In this document: positions 38,295 through 48,380 of the stretch, in pieces
Layout of the letters: the number at the start of each line of letters is the position of its first letter
Position numbering within the stretch: position 1 is the first letter of the stretch
DNA from: Terriglobia bacterium
GTDB lineage: Bacteria; Acidobacteriota; Terriglobia; JAJPHL01; JAPKYU01
Length of the DNA: 64,000 bases
Direction: 5' to 3'
NCBI GenBank assembly: GCA_965223005.1
Contig: CBDCVK010000010.1
Span: 864,001-928,000 of the forward strand
Program-made: the position numbers and the translations under genes
Notes under the pieces: generated by a model
Databases searched by the model: none
The model's input: only the letters and a program-made list of their open reading frames with translations
What the model was told of the DNA's origin: nothing

Positions 38295-41200
38295 TTGCTC
38301 AAGCTAAAGAAGGTCGAGCTCATCGGGTTCAAATCCTTTTGCGACCGCACCGAGATGGTCTTTAACGGAGCGGGAATCACCGCCGTGGTGGGTCCCAATG
38401 GGTGCGGCAAGTCGAATATCAGCGACGCCATCAGTTGGGTGCTGGGGGAGCAGTCGGCCAAGAGCCTGCGGGGCGGCACCATGCAGGATGTGATCTTCAA
38501 CGGCACGCGAGACCGCAGGCCGACAGGTTTTGCCGAAGTTTCCCTGACGCTGGCCGATACCGATTACCACGCCGAGGACTGCCCCCCGCTGCCGGGAACA
38601 GAGCTGCCGGGAACAGAGCTGGCGGCGATGGCCGTAGCTCCGTCAACTGCGGCAGAAACCCCGGGCACGCCAAGCTATGTGCTCCAAAGCCGCCCGGCCG
38701 AGGAGCCCTCGTTCCGCCCCTCGGCACCAAAGGTCGCACCGAAGGTCGGACCGGAGGTCGTCATCTGCCGCCGTCTGTTCCGCTCGGGAGAAAGTGAATA
38801 CCTGCTCGACGGCAGGCCAAGCCGGCTGCGGGATATCCAGGAGCTGTTCTGGGGTACCGGCCTGGGGCACGGCTCCTACGCCATTATCGAGCAAGGAAAA
38901 ATCGGGCAAATCCTCAACGCCAAACCCTACGAGCGGCGCGCTCTGATTGAGGAGGCGGCGGGAATCACCAAGTACAAGAACAAGCGCCGGCTGGCCGAAG
39001 CCAAGCTGGAAAGCTCCAAGCAGAACCTGAATCGCGTGAACGACATCCTGGAGGAAGTGACCAGACAGGTGAACTCGCTGAAGCGCCAGGCCTCCAAAGC
39101 GCGGCGGTACGCGGAGTTGCGAGAGGAATTCCGTGGGCGGCTGCGCGCCGTGCTGTCCAGCCGGCACGCCGAGATGGAGCGTCAGGCGGTGCAATCGGCC
39201 CTGGAGCTGAGCCTGGCTTCCAACCGCTCGCAAGAGATGGGGGCGCGGGTGGAGGCCTTGGAGCAGGAGCACATCGGGCTGAACCGCGCCGGCTATCAGC
39301 AGGAGGAGGCGCTGCGCCACCAGCGCGACCGCATCGCCTCACTCGACATGGAAGCGGACCGGGCGCGCAATCGTATTTCGTATCAGCAGCAGCAGGCGAA
39401 GGAACTGGAGACCCGTCTTCGCGAGCAGGAGGCGAGACAGACCCAACTCGGGACCCGGCTGGAGTCGCTCGAGCGCGAATTGGTGGAGTGCCGAGCGGTG
39501 CTGGCCGCCGCTGAGGCCGAAGAGAAAATGGCGCAGGCGGAGGTCGAGGGGCGGGCCACTGAGTTGTCGCGCACCGAGCAACAACTGCACTCGCGCGAGA
39601 GTGAGCTGGACAACCTTCGCGATTCCGTGCTTGCCCGGATGGGTGAGCTGGCCGAACTCCGCAACCAGCTGACCCAAGTCGAAGAGTACCTGGCCGGCCT
39701 CCAGCGTCAGGGTGAACGCGGCGAACGCGAGCTGACGGCCGCTGCCGAAGAGCAGGCCGGACTCCGCAAGCAGCAAGGAGCGCTTCTGGCCAAGCAGGCA
39801 CAGCAGCAGCTCGACTTGCAATACGTGAATGCCGAGCGGGCCACGGTGGAATCGAGGCTCGGTGAACTGAAAGTCGAGGTGCGCCGTGTCAGCGGGGAAC
39901 TGGAGCAGCTCCGCGGCGACTACGCCGACGTGCGCGCACGCCGCGACTCGCTGGAGCAAATCCTTTCCCACCGCGCCTATACGGCCGAAGCGGTCAAGAA
40001 ACTATTCGCGTCGAACGGAGAAGGAAACATGCGCCTGCCCGAGGGGTTCCGCCCCCTGGGCATCCTGGCCGATTTCTTGGAGGCCGAGCCGCGTTTTGAG
40101 ACTGTGGTGGAGGATTTTCTGGTCGAGGAGCTGGAGTACGTGGTGGTGAAGAGCTGGGATGCCGCGCAGGAAGGCGTGCACCTGCTGCGTTCCGAGGGCG
40201 AGGGGCGCGCTACCTTCCTGGTGCACCCGGAAGCGCCTCTGCCTCTCGCGGGCAATGGCTTGGGCTCCCTCCCGCCGGGGCTGACTCCGCTGAAGGACTT
40301 TGTCCGGTTGACGAACGGATTGCCGCGGGCAGCCGAGACGCTGTTGCCTAGGCTAGCGCTTAGTTACGTCGCAGATTCGGCCGCCGCAGCCCGCGAGTTG
40401 GCTCTGGCTCACCCGCAATGTTACTTCCTGGCTCCGGAAGGTGAGTGTTTCCACGGCTCAACGCTGACCGGCGGCAAGCGTGCCGGTGCCGGTCCGCTCG
40501 GGTTGAAGCGTGAGCTGCGTCAGGTGACCCAGCAGGCAGGCGAACTCGCGCGGCACATTGACGCCTCTGCCGCCGGTTTGCGTGCCAGCGAAGAGGAAGC
40601 GGCCAGGATTGCGGCTTCGCTGGAGAAGCTGCGCGGAGACGAGGTGGAGCGGGAAAAGCTGGGAGTCGGCCTGGATCAGGAACTGCGCCAGCTTGCAGGG
40701 CAACTGGCGCGTGCCGCCGAGCAACTTTCGGTAGCGCGGCTGGAGCTTCAGCGGCTCGAGCAGGAGCGCGCGCGCGCGGCCGAGCATGCTGAACGCTTGC
40801 GGTCAGAAGCCGAAGGCCGGGAACGCGCCCGCCAGGAGCTGGAAGCGCGCTTGTCGGAAGCCACAGTGGCCGCCGCCGAACTGGGGGAGGCCCGGATTGC
40901 CGCGTCAGCCGCACTGGCCGAGGCACGAGCCCGGGCTGCGGCCTTGCGAGAGCGCCGGAGCGCGGCCGCCGCAACCACCGTGCGCCTCGACGACTTGGTG
41001 GTCCAAGAACGCTCCCAAGCGGAAGAGCTGGAACGCCAACTCGACTCCGGCCGGCAGGAACTGAAACGCCTGGCGCACGAACAGGCGGAGCTGGAGCGCC
41101 GGGCGGCCGAAGCGGTTGCCGGGCGCGCAGCTGCCGAACAGGCCGCTGACGAGCTTCAGAAGGCGCTGGAGGAAGGCCGGCAACGGCTGGCGGGGCTGGA

Positions 41201-42098
41201 AGAGCAGACCCGCATGGCCCGTGCAGAACTGGACGAGCAGCGCGAGCGCAAGTCGGCCGCAGAAGTTGCCCTGGCCCGGCAACAAAGCGCTCTGGGGCAC
41301 CTGGGCGAACTCTGCCGGAACGACCTTGGCCTCGCCCTTGAGGAACTCGCTGCTGATCCGGCCGAACTGCTGGCAGACGAAGCCCTGGCGCAGGCCGAAG
41401 AAGAGACCCGCCAACTGCGCGCCCGGATCGAAGCGATGGGTCCGGTCAACATGATGGCCCTGGAAGAGTATCAGGAGGCCCGGCAGCGGCAGGAATTCCT
41501 CGACACCCAGCGCCAGGATCTGCTGGACGCCATCCGCGACACCCAGCAGACGATTCAGGAAATCGAGGCCGTGTCGCGCCGGCAGTTCCTGGAGGCCTTC
41601 CAGGCCATCAACGCCAACTTCCAGGAAACCTTCCGGACCTTGTTTGGCGGCGGCACAGGGATGATGAAACTGAGCGAGGAAGAGAATCTCAGCGAGAGCG
41701 GCGTGGACCTGATCGCGCAACCGCCGGGAAAGCGTTTGCAGAATGTCCTGCTGCTTTCCGGCGGGGAGAAAGCGCTGGCCGCGATGGCTCTGGTGTTGTC
41801 AATTTTTCAATACCAACCCAGCCCCTTCTGTGTCCTGGACGAAGTAGACGCGCCATTGGATGACGCTAACATCGGGCGCTTCACCAGGCTTGTCGAGCAG
41901 ATGACTCCCAGCACTCAGTTTATTATCATCACCCACAGCAAGAAGACCATGGAGGCGTCTCCGGCGCTGTACGGGGTGACGATGGAGGAGCCGGGGGTTT
42001 CCAAGCTGGTCTCGGTGAAATTGGGCCAGACCGAACTAGACGCAGTGAGCCATCAGCGAGCCACTCCACGGGGACAAGCCGTAGGCGCCATCGCCTAA
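38295..42098 (+). CDS. smc: Chromosome segregation protein SMC
   Basis: TTG start after AGGAAGG; GFKSF, GPNGCGKSN, long coiled coils, hinge GRATF, LSGGEK, LDEVDAPLD. Confidence 0.96.
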   Translation: MLKLKKVELIGFKSFCDRTEMVFNGAGITAVVGPNGCGKSNISDAISWVLGEQSAKSLRGGTMQDVIFNGTRDRRPTGFAEVSLTLADTDYHAEDCPPLPGTELPGTELAAMAVAPSTAAETPGTPSYVLQSRPAEEPSFRPSAPKVAPKVGPEVVICRRLFRSGESEYLLDGRPSRLRDIQELFWGTGLGHGSYAIIEQGKIGQILNAKPYERRALIEEAAGITKYKNKRRLAEAKLESSKQNLNRVNDILEEVTRQVNSLKRQASKARRYAELREEFRGRLRAVLSSRHAEMERQAVQSALELSLASNRSQEMGARVEALEQEHIGLNRAGYQQEEALRHQRDRIASLDMEADRARNRISYQQQQAKELETRLREQEARQTQLGTRLESLERELVECRAVLAAAEAEEKMAQAEVEGRATELSRTEQQLHSRESELDNLRDSVLARMGELAELRNQLTQVEEYLAGLQRQGERGERELTAAAEEQAGLRKQQGALLAKQAQQQLDLQYVNAERATVESRLGELKVEVRRVSGELEQLRGDYADVRARRDSLEQILSHRAYTAEAVKKLFASNGEGNMRLPEGFRPLGILADFLEAEPRFETVVEDFLVEELEYVVVKSWDAAQEGVHLLRSEGEGRATFLVHPEAPLPLAGNGLGSLPPGLTPLKDFVRLTNGLPRAAETLLPRLALSYVADSAAAARELALAHPQCYFLAPEGECFHGSTLTGGKRAGAGPLGLKRELRQVTQQAGELARHIDASAAGLRASEEEAARIAASLEKLRGDEVEREKLGVGLDQELRQLAGQLARAAEQLSVARLELQRLEQERARAAEHAERLRSEAEGRERARQELEARLSEATVAAAELGEARIAASAALAEARARAAALRERRSAAAATTVRLDDLVVQERSQAEELERQLDSGRQELKRLAHEQAELERRAAEAVAGRAAAEQAADELQKALEEGRQRLAGLEEQTRMARAELDEQRERKSAAEVALARQQSALGHLGELCRNDLGLALEELAADPAELLADEALAQAEEETRQLRARIEAMGPVNMMALEEYQEARQRQEFLDTQRQDLLDAIRDTQQTIQEIEAVSRRQFLEAFQAINANFQETFRTLFGGGTGMMKLSEEENLSESGVDLIAQPPGKRLQNVLLLSGGEKALAAMALVLSIFQYQPSPFCVLDEVDAPLDDANIGRFTRLVEQMTPSTQFIIITHSKKTMEASPALYGVTMEEPGVSKLVSVKLGQTELDAVSHQRATPRGQAVGAIA

Positions 42099-42199
42099 CA
42101 CCCCCTAGAAAGGTGTGCCTGCTGCTAGATTGGCGGGGCCTTTCAGCATCCAGCTGGAGCAACTGAACTGTCGCGGGCGCGGTCTCCGTGCTGACGCTT

Positions 42200-42676
42200 T
42201 CACTCGGTGGCCGCGGTCTCCTCGATCTCGGCGTCCCAGGAAATCCCAATGCCACGCTTCACGCTCTGGGCTGCGGGGCAACCTTTCTCGTGGATGCCCA
42301 CCACACGCTCCGCTTCGGCCCGCTTTCCTTCAGCCACGGTCAGGTGATAGTGCACGTGGATAGAGGTAATGAAGGGCTTGCCCTCCACGTTCTCAATCTT
42401 GCCCTCGGCGTCGGCCCACAACCCGTCCTTGGGGACCCGGATGTGGCGCGCTGCCAGCGCGCCGGCTAAGGTGCCGGTCATTCAACCGGCGACGGCGGCC
42501 ACAATGTGGTCCAGTGTGGCTGGCAGATCTTCCTCCGGCTCGAGCCCGTAAAATTTCTTGATTCCGCCGTGAACCCCGTAGTGAACCGGCTCGGGGAAGT
42601 CTTCAATGTAGGCACGACGCACCGGTCCCTTGTCCTTGTAGATGCGCGCGCGCGACGTGTGAATCAAATCTCCCAT
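42200..42676 (-). CDS. OsmC/Ohr-family peroxidase, selenocysteine-containing (158 aa, Sec65)
   Basis: Two abutting same-frame ORFs separated only by TGA 42484-42482: ...DHIVAAVAG-U-MTGTL...; U sits at the position of the first OsmC Cys; second Cys in HEKGCPAAQS; SECIS-like hairpin follows. Confidence 0.85.
42445..42463 (-). promoter_or_regulatory. Bacterial SECIS-like hairpin of the OsmC-like gene
   Basis: GGCGCGCT-GGC-AGCGCGCC, 8-bp stem starting 18 nt after the UGA; loop starts with G. Confidence 0.7.
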
Positions 42677-42852
42677 CTCTCACTCCTTTCCGCTACGGGA
42701 AAGTATATACAAAAAAGTTTTCCCTCCGAAGACCCGCATGCTATGTGAGGTTCCGCAGGTGACATGCACGCAGAGTGCGTCAATGCTGGCTTGCGCGGTG
42801 CTTGACAGAAATTTTGCCGATGGCGCAGAATGCAGGCTCCTCAGAAATGTTC

Positions 42853-43776
42853 ATGGAGAAAACTGGAACCACAACCGTCTTGCTCGAAACGAAGTTCCCG
42901 GGCCTAGCTTCCTTCTCGCGGGGCAAAGTCAGGGACCTGTACGAGGCCAGCGATTCCGCGGGCAACGACGCGCTGCTGCTGGTGGCCACCGACCGCATCT
43001 CGGCCTTCGACTGCGTGCTGCCTACCGGGATTCCCGACAAGGGACGGGTTCTGACTCAACTTTCCCTGTTCTGGTTTGAGTTCCTGGCCGAAGTGGTGCC
43101 CAATCACCTGGTTACCGCCGACCCGGCGAAGTACCCGGCGGCGTTTCATCCATTTCATGAGCAACTGGAGGGCCGCTCTATGCTGGTTCGCCGGGCGCGG
43201 ATGGTTCCGGTCGAGTGCGTGGCCCGCGGCTACCTCTCCGGCTCGGGCTGGAAAGAGTACCGGCAGAGCGGGAGTGTATGCGGCATCCGGCTGCCCGCCG
43301 GGTTGCGGGAATCGGAGCGGCTGCCGGAGCCCATCTTCACTCCGGCCACCAAGGCGGAAACGGGTCATGACATAAATATTTCGATCGAGGAGATGGTGGA
43401 GCGGGTAGGCAAGCAGGCCACCGAGCGGTTGCGTGAGCTGACCCTGGAAATCTACCGCCGCGCCGCCAGCTACGCCGAGCAGCGCGGCATTCTGCTTGCC
43501 GATACCAAGTTCGAGTTCGGCTACGTGGGCGACCAGTTGGTCCTGGGGGACGAGGTGCTGACGCCAGACTCCTCCCGGTTTTGGCCGCAGGCGCAGTATC
43601 GCCCGGGCGGCGCCCAAGTCTCGTTTGACAAGCAGTACGTGCGCGACTACCTGGAGCAAATTGGCTGGAACAAGCAGCCTCCGGCGCCGCCGCTGCCGGC
43701 GGAGATCGCCGAGCGCACTGGAGCAAAATATCGGGAGGCGCTTCGACTCCTGACGGGACGTGACCTGCCGAATTGA
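42853..43776 (+). CDS. purC: SAICAR synthase (start approximate)
   Basis: RGKVRDLY, TDRISAFD, PVECVARGYLSGSGW, FTPATKA, ADTKFEFG, DEVLTPDSSRFW, DKQYVRD. Confidence 0.95.
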   Translation: MEKTGTTTVLLETKFPGLASFSRGKVRDLYEASDSAGNDALLLVATDRISAFDCVLPTGIPDKGRVLTQLSLFWFEFLAEVVPNHLVTADPAKYPAAFHPFHEQLEGRSMLVRRARMVPVECVARGYLSGSGWKEYRQSGSVCGIRLPAGLRESERLPEPIFTPATKAETGHDINISIEEMVERVGKQATERLRELTLEIYRRAASYAEQRGILLADTKFEFGYVGDQLVLGDEVLTPDSSRFWPQAQYRPGGAQVSFDKQYVRDYLEQIGWNKQPPAPPLPAEIAERTGAKYREALRLLTGRDLPN

Positions 43777-44309
43777 GCGCCTGGACCATACTGGATTCGG
43801 TGCTGGTCGGCATTGTGGTGTTCTCGGTGGCGTTCAGCGCCGTCAAGGGATTTACCCGGGAGTTGGTTTCGCTGTTGGCGCTGGCCTGGGGCTTTCTGCT
43901 GGCCTGCTGGCTCTACCCCACCGTGGCGGCACAGCTCCCCCAGGGGCGCGCACCAAACCTGGCAGCGTTGACTGCCTTCCTGGGCATTTTGCTGGTGGCG
44001 CTGATTGCCGGCGCGTTCCTCTCCCGCTGGGCGGGGAGGATGGTAGACCGAGCGGGGCTGCGCTGGTTCGACCGCGTCCTGGGTGTCAGCGTGGGCTTGG
44101 TCCGCGGCTGCTTGTTTTGCATTGTCGTGGTGGTGATCTTGACAGTCTTCGCCCCGGAGGCGCGACCGTTGGTGAGGTCGCGGCTAGCGCCGTACCTGAT
44201 TCACGGGGCACGCGTGTTGGTTTCCGTAGCTCCCTCTGAATTGCGGGACCGCTTCCACAGCGGGTGGGAGCGGGCCCAGGAAATTTGGCGAGGCCAGACG
44301 GAGCGCTGA
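43773..44309 (+). CDS. cvpA: CvpA family protein
   Basis: KGFTRELVSL, four TMs, DRVLG...GLVRG, SRLAPY; follows purC. Confidence 0.88.
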   Translation: MSAWTILDSVLVGIVVFSVAFSAVKGFTRELVSLLALAWGFLLACWLYPTVAAQLPQGRAPNLAALTAFLGILLVALIAGAFLSRWAGRMVDRAGLRWFDRVLGVSVGLVRGCLFCIVVVVILTVFAPEARPLVRSRLAPYLIHGARVLVSVAPSELRDRFHSGWERAQEIWRGQTER

Positions 44310-44387
44310 CTTCGCTGTTGACTGCGGTCGGGTAGCAATGGACAAGGCCCGGCCGGGCAAGCTATTGACCCAGAAGGAGATCGTTCG

Positions 44388-44612
44388 GTGAAAGACCAAT
44401 TGGAATCATTAATCGGGCAATTGGTAGACCGGGGAGTCCCATTCCCGGCTGCCTTGCGGGAATTCGAAGAGAAATACATCCGTCAGGTGATGGCACACAC
44501 GCGGGGCAATCAGTCGCGTGCGGCTCGCCTGCTGGGCATGCACCGCAACACGCTCAGCCGCAAGATGGAAGCCCACCAACTGCACGGGCGAAACGGGAAC
44601 CGCTCTCGCTAA
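44388..44612 (+). CDS. Fis-like helix-turn-helix protein
   Basis: EFEEKYIRQV...GNQSRAARLLGMHRNTLSRKM; RBS AGGAG. Confidence 0.88.
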   Translation: MKDQLESLIGQLVDRGVPFPAALREFEEKYIRQVMAHTRGNQSRAARLLGMHRNTLSRKMEAHQLHGRNGNRSR

Positions 44613-44827
44613 CGGGAAATTCGGAGCAAGATTGCCATCCGGGATACGGATCTCGGCGAAGGAAAGGGCCGGCCGGGCCGTAGCCTTACTCTATTTCAGA
44701 TTCTACGGCAGACTGGGACTCCTTGAGTGAGCCCCGGAACGAGGAGCGCCTTCGATTTCCCTTGTATGAGATGGCACTGGCGATCCCGACGCTTCTTCAG
44801 TTCGTCGCTTTGGCGGAAGGCCCCAGG

Positions 44828-46048
44828 TTACTCTTCCTCGAGGGGGGGGATTTTTCCGTCCACCATAGAAAGCACGAAGGGATCCGGCTGGAACAAGTTG
44901 GCCATACCCGTGAAGCGCACGATTTGCCCGACGGGGACCTTGCGGGTGGGCTCGGCTAAGGCCAGTTCTACGTCGTAGGCTTTAGGGTCCCTCTGGGCAG
45001 TTTCCGCCAACACGACAATGCGCACGGTGCGTGCTCGGCGAGGCCCCGTAGCGGAAATAATGCCGCCCCGAAACTCCAGCGACATGCCTTTCATTTTTTC
45101 CCAGAGTTCTTCCCCCTTGGCTTCCATTTTAAGCAGCATGTCGCGGATCTCGTCAAAGCTCAACTCTTCGGGGACTACCGGGGCGGCTGCAGCGACTTCC
45201 GCCTTGGAAAGGACTTTGAAGCCGGCGGGTGCAAACGGCTGGGCCTTGGCCTGTTGCTTTAACTGCGTGAGTCCTTCTTCGTCCGGGCCGTGGTACTGCT
45301 CGTAGATCTTCTGGAGGTAGGCATCCACCTGCTGGCGTCCCGCAGGCTGTAAGGCGCCGGCGCCATCCAGGCTGGCGGCTCGCGCAAAGGCCCAGAACGC
45401 CTCGTTGTACTTGGGGTCAGGGCGTTGGGCGATATAGGCGTTGCCTAGCCGGTAGAACAGTCCGGCGTCTTGGGGCGATAGTTCGGCTGCCCTTCGGTAC
45501 TCGGATTGAGCCTCGTCGTACTTCTTGCGTATGTCGGCAACCACACCCAGCGCCTGCCGGAAGGTCGCTTCGAAGGCATTCTTCTGTTTCTCCAAATCCT
45601 CGGCGCTGACGTTAGGCACCTGGAATGAGGATAGTTGCTTGACGCCGCGCTGGGCAAATTCCCCACCTTCGGACAGCTTCTTCTCCATCTCCGGGTCGTT
45701 CGGACCGGGCGGCCCCTGATGGAAGAAGTAACTGACCCAGAAGAGAGCACGCAGGTTGTTGGGGTTCACCTCGAGCACCTGGCGTGCGGCTGGTTCGGGG
45801 CTCTTTCCCAGCTGTTGGAGTGTGAACATCTTCAACGTCAGAGCATCTTCCTTCACCACAGTGTCCGGATATTTGGTCAGGAATTGGTCCAGCAACTGGA
45901 GTTTTGTGGCGGGAGTCTTCTCGTTCAACGACGCCATGTAATCGTTGTATTCGGCCACATTGGTAATCTGCTGGCCAGTAACCGGCGCCACGACCAACAG
46001 TGCCATCAGCAAGGTGACCCAAAGCAAGCACACATGATTCGGTTTCAT
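44828..46048 (-). CDS. Exported TPR-containing protein
   Basis: RBS GGAG before ATG 46048; signal peptide; TPR-like LEVNPNNLRAL and ELSPQDAGLFYRLG. Confidence 0.75.
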   Translation of the reverse strand: MKPNHVCLLWVTLLMALLVVAPVTGQQITNVAEYNDYMASLNEKTPATKLQLLDQFLTKYPDTVVKEDALTLKMFTLQQLGKSPEPAARQVLEVNPNNLRALFWVSYFFHQGPPGPNDPEMEKKLSEGGEFAQRGVKQLSSFQVPNVSAEDLEKQKNAFEATFRQALGVVADIRKKYDEAQSEYRRAAELSPQDAGLFYRLGNAYIAQRPDPKYNEAFWAFARAASLDGAGALQPAGRQQVDAYLQKIYEQYHGPDEEGLTQLKQQAKAQPFAPAGFKVLSKAEVAAAAPVVPEELSFDEIRDMLLKMEAKGEELWEKMKGMSLEFRGGIISATGPRRARTVRIVVLAETAQRDPKAYDVELALAEPTRKVPVGQIVRFTGMANLFQPDPFVLSMVDGKIPPLEEE

Positions 46049-46135
46049 AGCCACTCCACTCCTGGTGATTGGATCAACATTCCCGGCGTGCTCCACCGCC
46101 GGATTATACTCGACTGCGCAACAACGTCAAACTCC

Positions 46136-46945
46136 TTACTCACCTGGACTCGCAACTCTGGACGGCTCTCGCTGGCGCTTGGCACGCCGGGCTTTGCGGG
46201 AGTGTACCAGGCGCGTTAAGTAGTGTCGGCGGTTGGCCGGCATGCGGCGGTCTGCGGTCAGGTTGGCCAAGTCGTTCCTCCGAACCTGCTCGACCAGCGC
46301 CAGCACACGTCCCAGCGAGGTGGCTGGATGCCGGATCAGCGCCAAGCGCACCTCGTAGCGAAGAGACCAGCGTGGGTGCGCGGCGATGCACTCGACCACC
46401 TCCGGTGTCAACCTCTCATTCGCCAGACTCTTCACCACGCCTTCCTCGGTCAGCCGCGAGTTCTCCAGCGCCGTGCGGAAGACTCGTCTTTTCGAATCGG
46501 CGAGCAAGGCGCAGGCGATACGAGAGGTCCCCTGGCGGGCCAGGGACAAGCGCTCGCCAACCGACAGAGCGGTGACCCGAGCCGCGACTGCTTCTTCCGC
46601 ACCCCGCCGCACCTCCATGGGCGCCCCCGGCGTGGTGGCCACCTTCAACAGGTCGAACAGGTAAAGGTGCCGCACCAGCGCCAGTGACGTGCTCCGGGGG
46701 GTGTGCGGGTGTCGAACCAGCGCCAGCTTCACCGGATACGAACGCCACAACCAGGCGCGCGCTGCCAGCTCGCCTAGAAACGTTTGGTGCAGGTTCTTCC
46801 GCGACAGCAGCACCTGCAGGTGCTCTTCGGTTAACCGCAGGTTGTCCAGCAGCACGAGCAGCACCTCTTCGGACGAGTCGTAGAGGACCGTGCTCAGCTC
46901 CTTGGCGCTCCCGCTTGCGCGTCGCAATCGCTCCTCTAGCTCCAT
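46136..46945 (-). CDS. Conserved hypothetical helical-repeat protein
   Basis: 269 aa; repeated LLDN.RL / ALEN.RL and YPVKLALVRHPHTP / YEVRLALIRHPATS. Confidence 0.75.
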   Translation of the reverse strand: MELEERLRRASGSAKELSTVLYDSSEEVLLVLLDNLRLTEEHLQVLLSRKNLHQTFLGELAARAWLWRSYPVKLALVRHPHTPRSTSLALVRHLYLFDLLKVATTPGAPMEVRRGAEEAVAARVTALSVGERLSLARQGTSRIACALLADSKRRVFRTALENSRLTEEGVVKSLANERLTPEVVECIAAHPRWSLRYEVRLALIRHPATSLGRVLALVEQVRRNDLANLTADRRMPANRRHYLTRLVHSRKARRAKRQREPSRVASPGE

Positions 46946-47033
46946 GCTCCATCAGGCTAGCACAACTCCAGAGTCACCTCCCCACGTGACCACGGCTGCA
47001 AGCCGTTTTCGCCTGGGTGGTCCTGCGGCATGA

Positions 47034-48380
47034 TTACGGCAGAACCTCCTCCCAGCCTTGGGGAAGTAACTTCACTATGTCGCTGTAGATCACAAAGGTC
47101 GCGAGCAGCACCAGGCACACGAATCCTACCTGCACCATCCGCTCCTTCACCGCCATGCTGAGGTCACGGCGTAGCAAGCCTTCAATAATCAGCAGCACGA
47201 TCATTCCCCCGTCCAGGATCGGAATTGGCAACAGGTTCAGAATCCCCAGGTTGAGGCTGATGGCTGCCATCAGGTTGATGAGTTGCGGGTACCCCCGGCG
47301 CGCCGCTTCCCCGGAGAGCCGCGCGATGCCAATGGGCCCCTCCAAAGTGCGCGGCGACATCTTGCCCACCAGCATCTTTCCTAATAAATCACGGATCAGC
47401 AGAACGTACTTCTTGTTCGTGGTGAGGGACTGGCTCAGCGCAGCGGGAAAGGAAAGACGACGCTCAATCAACTCGTTCTTCAGCTCGATGCCGATGCGCC
47501 ACATTTGTTTGCCGCCCGGGACCTGGGTGAACACCGGCGCCACCCGCACCGGCAGGGTGTGCCCCTGCCTTTGGATCATCAGTTCTATCGGTTGCCCCTC
47601 GCTCTCCTGCACCAAATCCGGTAGACGTGGCCAAAACTTCAGTGGCTCGCCGTTGACGGCCACCACCCGGTCCTCGGGCAGCAGTCCGGCTTTTTCGGCA
47701 GGGTAGGTCGGCTCGACGCGCTTGATGATGGCCGGAAGGTAGGGGCCCCAGCCGGCGATGCCGATGCGGTGGCGCGGCTCGACCTCCGGAGTAATCGTGG
47801 TCTTGAATATTGCTCCTTCGCGACGGGCGACGACCTCCAGCGGCTGGGCAGGACTGGAAATCGCCTCGAGTTCGACTACCTCCCAAGTGGGGTTCTCCAG
47901 CTTGCCGAGCTGAACGATCAGGTCCCCCGGTCGAAGGCCCGCTTTGTCGGCAGCAGAACCTTCCTCCACATGCCCGATTTCGGCCGGCCGCTCCTGGTAG
48001 GCTGCCTTCTGGTACTTGACCATGTACAGACCGGTCAGCAGCACGATGGCCAACACGATGTTCATCGCCGGACCCATCAGGGCGATGATGAAGCGCTGCC
48101 ACCTGGGCTTGGCCATGAACTCGCCGGGGTCGCCGGTGCGTGCCTCGCCCGGGTTTTCCCCGGCCATCTTGACGTATCCGCCAAGCGGTAGCAGGCTGAT
48201 CCGATAGTCGGTGTCGCCGCGCCGCCAACCCCACAGGCGCTTGCCGAATCCGATGGAGAACACGTCTACTCGTACTCCAAACCACTTGGCAGCCAGGAAA
48301 TGGCCCAACTCGTGGATCAGGATCATCACGCCCAGGACCAGCACCACGGCAACTACATTGGTTAAGATAATGTAGGTCAT
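47034..48380 (-). CDS. rseP: RIP metalloprotease RseP with two PDZ domains
   Basis: HELGH, FSIGFG, PLGGYVKMAGE, GPAMN, NLLPIPILDGG. Confidence 0.95.
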   Translation of the reverse strand: MTYIILTNVVAVVLVLGVMILIHELGHFLAAKWFGVRVDVFSIGFGKRLWGWRRGDTDYRISLLPLGGYVKMAGENPGEARTGDPGEFMAKPRWQRFIIALMGPAMNIVLAIVLLTGLYMVKYQKAAYQERPAEIGHVEEGSAADKAGLRPGDLIVQLGKLENPTWEVVELEAISSPAQPLEVVARREGAIFKTTITPEVEPRHRIGIAGWGPYLPAIIKRVEPTYPAEKAGLLPEDRVVAVNGEPLKFWPRLPDLVQESEGQPIELMIQRQGHTLPVRVAPVFTQVPGGKQMWRIGIELKNELIERRLSFPAALSQSLTTNKKYVLLIRDLLGKMLVGKMSPRTLEGPIGIARLSGEAARRGYPQLINLMAAISLNLGILNLLPIPILDGGMIVLLIIEGLLRRDLSMAVKERMVQVGFVCLVLLATFVIYSDIVKLLPQGWEEVLP

